Assembly (NCBI GenBank): GCA_963747235.1
Contig: CAVVEU010000024.1
Span: 512,001-576,000, forward strand
Source of the DNA: an uncultured Candidatus Rokubacteria bacterium
Lineage (GTDB): Bacteria > Methylomirabilota > Methylomirabilia > Rokubacteriales > CSP1-6
Direction: 5' to 3'
DNA length: 64,000 bases
Shown here in pieces: positions 60,450-64,000 of this stretch. The notes below the pieces were generated by a model, which was not told the origin of the DNA, made no database searches, and saw nothing but the letters and a program-made list of their open reading frames with translations. A program made the translations under genes and the position numbers. Each line of letters starts with the position of its first letter. Position 1 is the stretch's first letter.

Positions 60450-61793
60450 ATGCGCTACATCTCCAACACGGCGGCCCAGCAGAAGGAGATGCTGGGCGTC
60501 ATCGGCGCCGCCTCGATCGAGGACCTGCTGGTCCGCATCCCGACCAAGGCGCGGCTGTCGCGGCCGCTGAACCTGCCGCGCGCCATGGCCGAGACCGACC
60601 TGATCCGGCATCTCCAGCGCATGGCCGCGCTCAACGCGGGCGCGGACGACCATGCCTGCTTCCTCGGGGCGGGCTCCTACGACCACGCGATCCCGAGCCC
60701 CATCAACCACCTGATCTCCCGCGGCGAGTTCTTCACCGCCTACACCCCGTACCAGCCGGAAGCCAGCCAGGGCACGCTGCGCTCGATCTTCGAGTACCAG
60801 ACCATGATGGCGGAGCTGACCGGCATGGACGTGGCCAACGCCTCGATCTACGACGGCGCCTCCTCGCTGGCCGAGGCCACGCTGATGGCCCACTCGGTGA
60901 CCGGGCGCGACACCCTGCTGATCTCGCGCGGGGTGAACCCGCTCTACCGCCAGGTGGTCGAGACCTACGTGGAAGGCCCCGGGCTCAAGATCAAGTCGGT
61001 CGCGCTCGGCGACGGGGTCACCGACCTGGACGCGCTGCGGAAGGCGGTATCCAAGCACAGCGCGGCGGTGGTGATCCAGTACCCGAACTTCTTCGGCTCG
61101 CTCGAGGACGTCCGGGCGATCGCGGACATCGCCCACGAGGCGGGCGCGCTCCTGGTCGTGGTCGCGGATCCGGTGAATCTCGGCCTGCTGACTCCCCCGG
61201 GCGCCTGCGGCGCCGATATCGTGGTGGGCGAGGGGCAGGGGCTCGGGGTGCCGATGAGCTTCGGCGGCCCCAACCTCGGGGTCTTCGCGGCCAAGCAGGA
61301 GCTGGTGCGGCGGATGCCCGGCCGCCTGGTCGGCGCCACCGTGGACGTGGACGGCCAGCGCGGCTTCGTGCTGACGCTGCAGACGCGCGAGCAGCACATC
61401 CGCCGCGAGAAGGCGACGTCGAACATCTGCACCAACGTGGCGCTGTGCGCGCTGATGGCCACGATCTACGTGTCGATCCTGGGCAAGCGCGGGCTGCGCA
61501 AGGTCGGCGAGCTCTCGACCGCCAAGGCCCACTACGCGGCGCGTGAGCTCACGAAGATCCCGGGGGTTCGGCTGCGCTTCACCGCGCCCTTCTTCAAGGA
61601 GTTCACGCTCCAGCTCCCGAAGTCGCCGGAGCGGGTGATCAAGCGCCTCATGAAGGACCGGCTGCTCGCCGGCGTGCCGCTCAAGGGGTTCGACCGCGCC
61701 TACAAGGACTGCCTGCTCGTCGCGGTGACCGAGAAGCGCACCAAGGACGAGATCGACGCCTACGCGGCCGCGCTGGCCGCGGCGGTGGCGTGA
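60450..61793 (+). CDS. gcvPA: Glycine dehydrogenase subunit 1
   Basis: [35 protein letters not shown]. Confidence 0.96.
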   Translation: MRYISNTAAQQKEMLGVIGAASIEDLLVRIPTKARLSRPLNLPRAMAETDLIRHLQRMAALNAGADDHACFLGAGSYDHAIPSPINHLISRGEFFTAYTPYQPEASQGTLRSIFEYQTMMAELTGMDVANASIYDGASSLAEATLMAHSVTGRDTLLISRGVNPLYRQVVETYVEGPGLKIKSVALGDGVTDLDALRKAVSKHSAAVVIQYPNFFGSLEDVRAIADIAHEAGALLVVVADPVNLGLLTPPGACGADIVVGEGQGLGVPMSFGGPNLGVFAAKQELVRRMPGRLVGATVDVDGQRGFVLTLQTREQHIRREKATSNICTNVALCALMATIYVSILGKRGLRKVGELSTAKAHYAARELTKIPGVRLRFTAPFFKEFTLQLPKSPERVIKRLMKDRLLAGVPLKGFDRAYKDCLLVAVTEKRTKDEIDAYAAALAAAVA

Positions 61794-61800
61794 GGCCGCC

Positions 61801-63273
61801 ATGCCCGCCGCCAAGCCCGCCTACGACAAGCTGATCTTCGAGCTCTCCGCGCCCGGCCGCTTCGCCTACTCGCTGCCCGAGAGCGACGTGCCGGACAGCG
61901 ATCCGGCCGCGCTCCTGCCGAAGGAGCACCTGCGCGCGTCCGCCGCCGAGCTGCCGGAGGTCTCCGAAGTGGACGTGGTCCGCCACTACTCGCGCCTGTC
62001 GCAGATGAACTACGGCGTGGACACCCACTTCTATCCGCTCGGCTCGTGCACGATGAAGTACAACCCGAAGATCAACGAGGACATGGCGCGGCTGGGCGGC
62101 TTCGCGCGCCTGCACCCGCTGGCCCCGGAGGCGGCGAGCCAGGGCGCGCTCCAGCTCATGTGGGAGCTCGGGCGGGACCTGGCCGAGATCTCCGGGATGG
62201 ATGAGGTCTCGCTCCAGCCCGCGGCGGGCGCCCAGGGCGAGCTGGCGGGCGTGCTGATGATCCGCGCCTACCACCTGGCGCGGGGCGAGCGGCGCCACAA
62301 GGTGCTGATCCCCGACTCGGCGCACGGGACCAATCCCGCGTCCACCGCGCTGGCCGGCTTCGCGGTGGTCGAGCTCAAGTCCGAGGCCAACGGGGACGTG
62401 GATCTCGTGGACCTCGAGCGGCATCTCGACGAGGACGTGGCCGCGTTCATGATCACCCAGCCCAACACGCTGGGGCTCTTCGAGTCGAAGATCCACCAGA
62501 TCACCGAGATGTGCCACGCCAAGGGCGTGCAGGTCTACATGGACGGCGCCAACTTCAACGCCATCCTCGGCATCACGCGCCCCGGCGACCTGGGCTTCGA
62601 CGTCTGCCACTTCAACCTGCACAAGACCTTCACCACGCCGCACGGCGGCGGGGGCCCCGGCTCGGGGCCGGTGGGCATCAAGGCGCATCTGGCCCCGTTC
62701 CTGCCCACGCCGGTGGTGGTCAAGCGGGACGCCGGCGCCTTCGGGCTCGACTGGAACCGCCCGCAGTCCATCGGCAAGCTGCAGGCCTTCTGGGGCAACT
62801 TCGGCATGCTGGTGCGCGCCTACACCTACATCCGCACGATGGGACCGGACGGCCTGCGCTCGGTCTCGGAGAACGCGGTGCTCAACGCCAACTACATCCT
62901 CAAGCGCCTCGAGGGCGACTACGACCGCTCGGCGCCCGGCCCGTGCATGCACGAGTGCGTGCTCTCCGCCCGGCGCCAGAAGAAGCTCGGGGTGTCCGCG
63001 ATGGACATCGCCAAGCGGCTGCTGGACCTGGGCTTCTACGCCCCGTCGACGTACTTCCCGATGATCGTCGAGGAGGCGCTGATGATCGAGCCCACCGAGA
63101 CCGAGTCGAAGGAGACGCTCGACCAGTTCTGCGACGCCATGATCCAGATCGCGCGGGAGACCGAGACGAACCCGCATCTGATCCACGAGGCGCCGGTCAC
63201 GACGCCGGTGCGCCGCTTGGACCAGACGCTGGCCGCCCGCCAGCCCGTGCTGAGGTGGCGTCCGTCCAAATAA
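61801..63273 (+). CDS. gcvPB: Glycine dehydrogenase subunit 2
   Basis: [32 protein letters not shown]. Confidence 0.96.
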   Translation: MPAAKPAYDKLIFELSAPGRFAYSLPESDVPDSDPAALLPKEHLRASAAELPEVSEVDVVRHYSRLSQMNYGVDTHFYPLGSCTMKYNPKINEDMARLGGFARLHPLAPEAASQGALQLMWELGRDLAEISGMDEVSLQPAAGAQGELAGVLMIRAYHLARGERRHKVLIPDSAHGTNPASTALAGFAVVELKSEANGDVDLVDLERHLDEDVAAFMITQPNTLGLFESKIHQITEMCHAKGVQVYMDGANFNAILGITRPGDLGFDVCHFNLHKTFTTPHGGGGPGSGPVGIKAHLAPFLPTPVVVKRDAGAFGLDWNRPQSIGKLQAFWGNFGMLVRAYTYIRTMGPDGLRSVSENAVLNANYILKRLEGDYDRSAPGPCMHECVLSARRQKKLGVSAMDIAKRLLDLGFYAPSTYFPMIVEEALMIEPTETESKETLDQFCDAMIQIARETETNPHLIHEAPVTTPVRRLDQTLAARQPVLRWRPSK

Positions 63274-63307
63274 CCCTCTCCCCCTGGGGAGAGGGCAGGG
63301 TGAGGGG
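63274..63307. repeat. REP-like palindrome
   Basis: CCCTCTCCCC-CT-GGGGAGAGGG followed by CAGGGTGAGGGG, directly after the gcvPB stop. Confidence 0.7.
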
Positions 63308-63321
63308 TGACAAGTCGAGGG

Positions 63322-64000
63322 GTGACGACTCCGTTCCGCCTGCTGGTCACCGAGCCCCTCGACGGCGCGCTCAACATGGCGCTGGACGAGGCCCTCCTGC
63401 TGGGCCGGCTCGCGGGCACCGCGCCCCCCACGCTCCGCTTCTTCTCCTGGCAGCCCGCCACCATCTCCCTCGGCTACGGGCAGGCCCTCGACCATCGCAT
63501 CGCCATGGAGGCGGCGTCCGCGCTCGGCCTCGGGCTCGTGCGCCGGCCCACCGGCGGCAGCGCGATTCTCCACGAGGGGCCCGAGCTCGAGCTGACCTAC
63601 AGCGTGGCGGCGCGCGCGGGGGATTTCGAGGGCGCGGGGGACCTGCTCGAGACGTATCGCTGGATCGGCGCGGCCCTCGCCGCCGGGATCAATCGCCTGG
63701 GCGCGCCGGTCGAGATGGTGCCGGTGCAGCCCTCCGATCCCACCGCGATGCCCACCTTCTGCTTCGCGCGGACGGGCTCGTACGAGCTGGAAGTCGCCGG
63801 CCTCAAGGTGGTGGGCAGCGCCCAGCGGCGGCAGGGCGCGGGCTTCCTGCAGCACGGGGCGGTGATGCTGGGCGCCGCGCCGGACCGCCTGCGGCGCGTG
63901 TTCCCGGCGGAGCGCGATCCGCTGGCCGGCATGACCACGCTCGAGGCCGTGCTGGGCCGGCGGCCTTCATTCGAGGAGACCATGACCGCGCTGGCCGAGG
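63322..64000 (+). CDS. Lipoate-protein ligase / octanoyltransferase (LipM-like), runs off the window
   Basis: Manual translation: GALNMALDEALL, PTLRFFSW, SLGYGQ, RRPTGGSAILH, KVVGSAQRR, LQHG. Confidence 0.88.
   Translation, partial: MTTPFRLLVTEPLDGALNMALDEALLLGRLAGTAPPTLRFFSWQPATISLGYGQALDHRIAMEAASALGLGLVRRPTGGSAILHEGPELELTYSVAARAGDFEGAGDLLETYRWIGAALAAGINRLGAPVEMVPVQPSDPTAMPTFCFARTGSYELEVAGLKVVGSAQRRQGAGFLQHGAVMLGAAPDRLRRVFPAERDPLAGMTTLEAVLGRRPSFEETMTALAE

Overview
Very GC-rich (roughly 70% by eye, not computed), gene-dense bacterial chromosomal segment. Gene content and style suggest a diderm soil-type lineage such as Candidatus Rokubacteria/Methylomirabilota; this is inference only. Contents in order: ECF sigma/anti-sigma, folK-folB, a lysine/DAP block (dapL, dapB, dapA, an inverted lysA), FN3 lipoprotein, argH, mltG, a stand-alone divergent rpoA, comEC/comEA, lysC, a second ECF operon with a secreted heptad-repeat protein, hom/alaC, bactofilin-M23, Opp ATPases, ltaE, bamD, exported msrA/msrB, a LarA-like gene with a TAXI-TRAP transporter, a sugar-type ABC system, a full Opp/Dpp system, a sigma54-activator locus, a pxpABC/DUF1445 cluster and the glycine cleavage operon. 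Many conserved genes are split by single-base indels, most likely long-read consensus errors, so several CDS spans below are joined across frames. No rRNA, tRNA, CRISPR array or transposase was recognised. The most notable item is an rpoA outside the ribosomal alpha operon, with its own promoter, an intact CTD and a short deletion in the NTD loop linked to beta-prime binding. Other items are a dispersed set of sigma54 promoters, a stand-alone DHp-like protein, a structured leader upstream of bactofilin, and leaderless or CTG-start genes.
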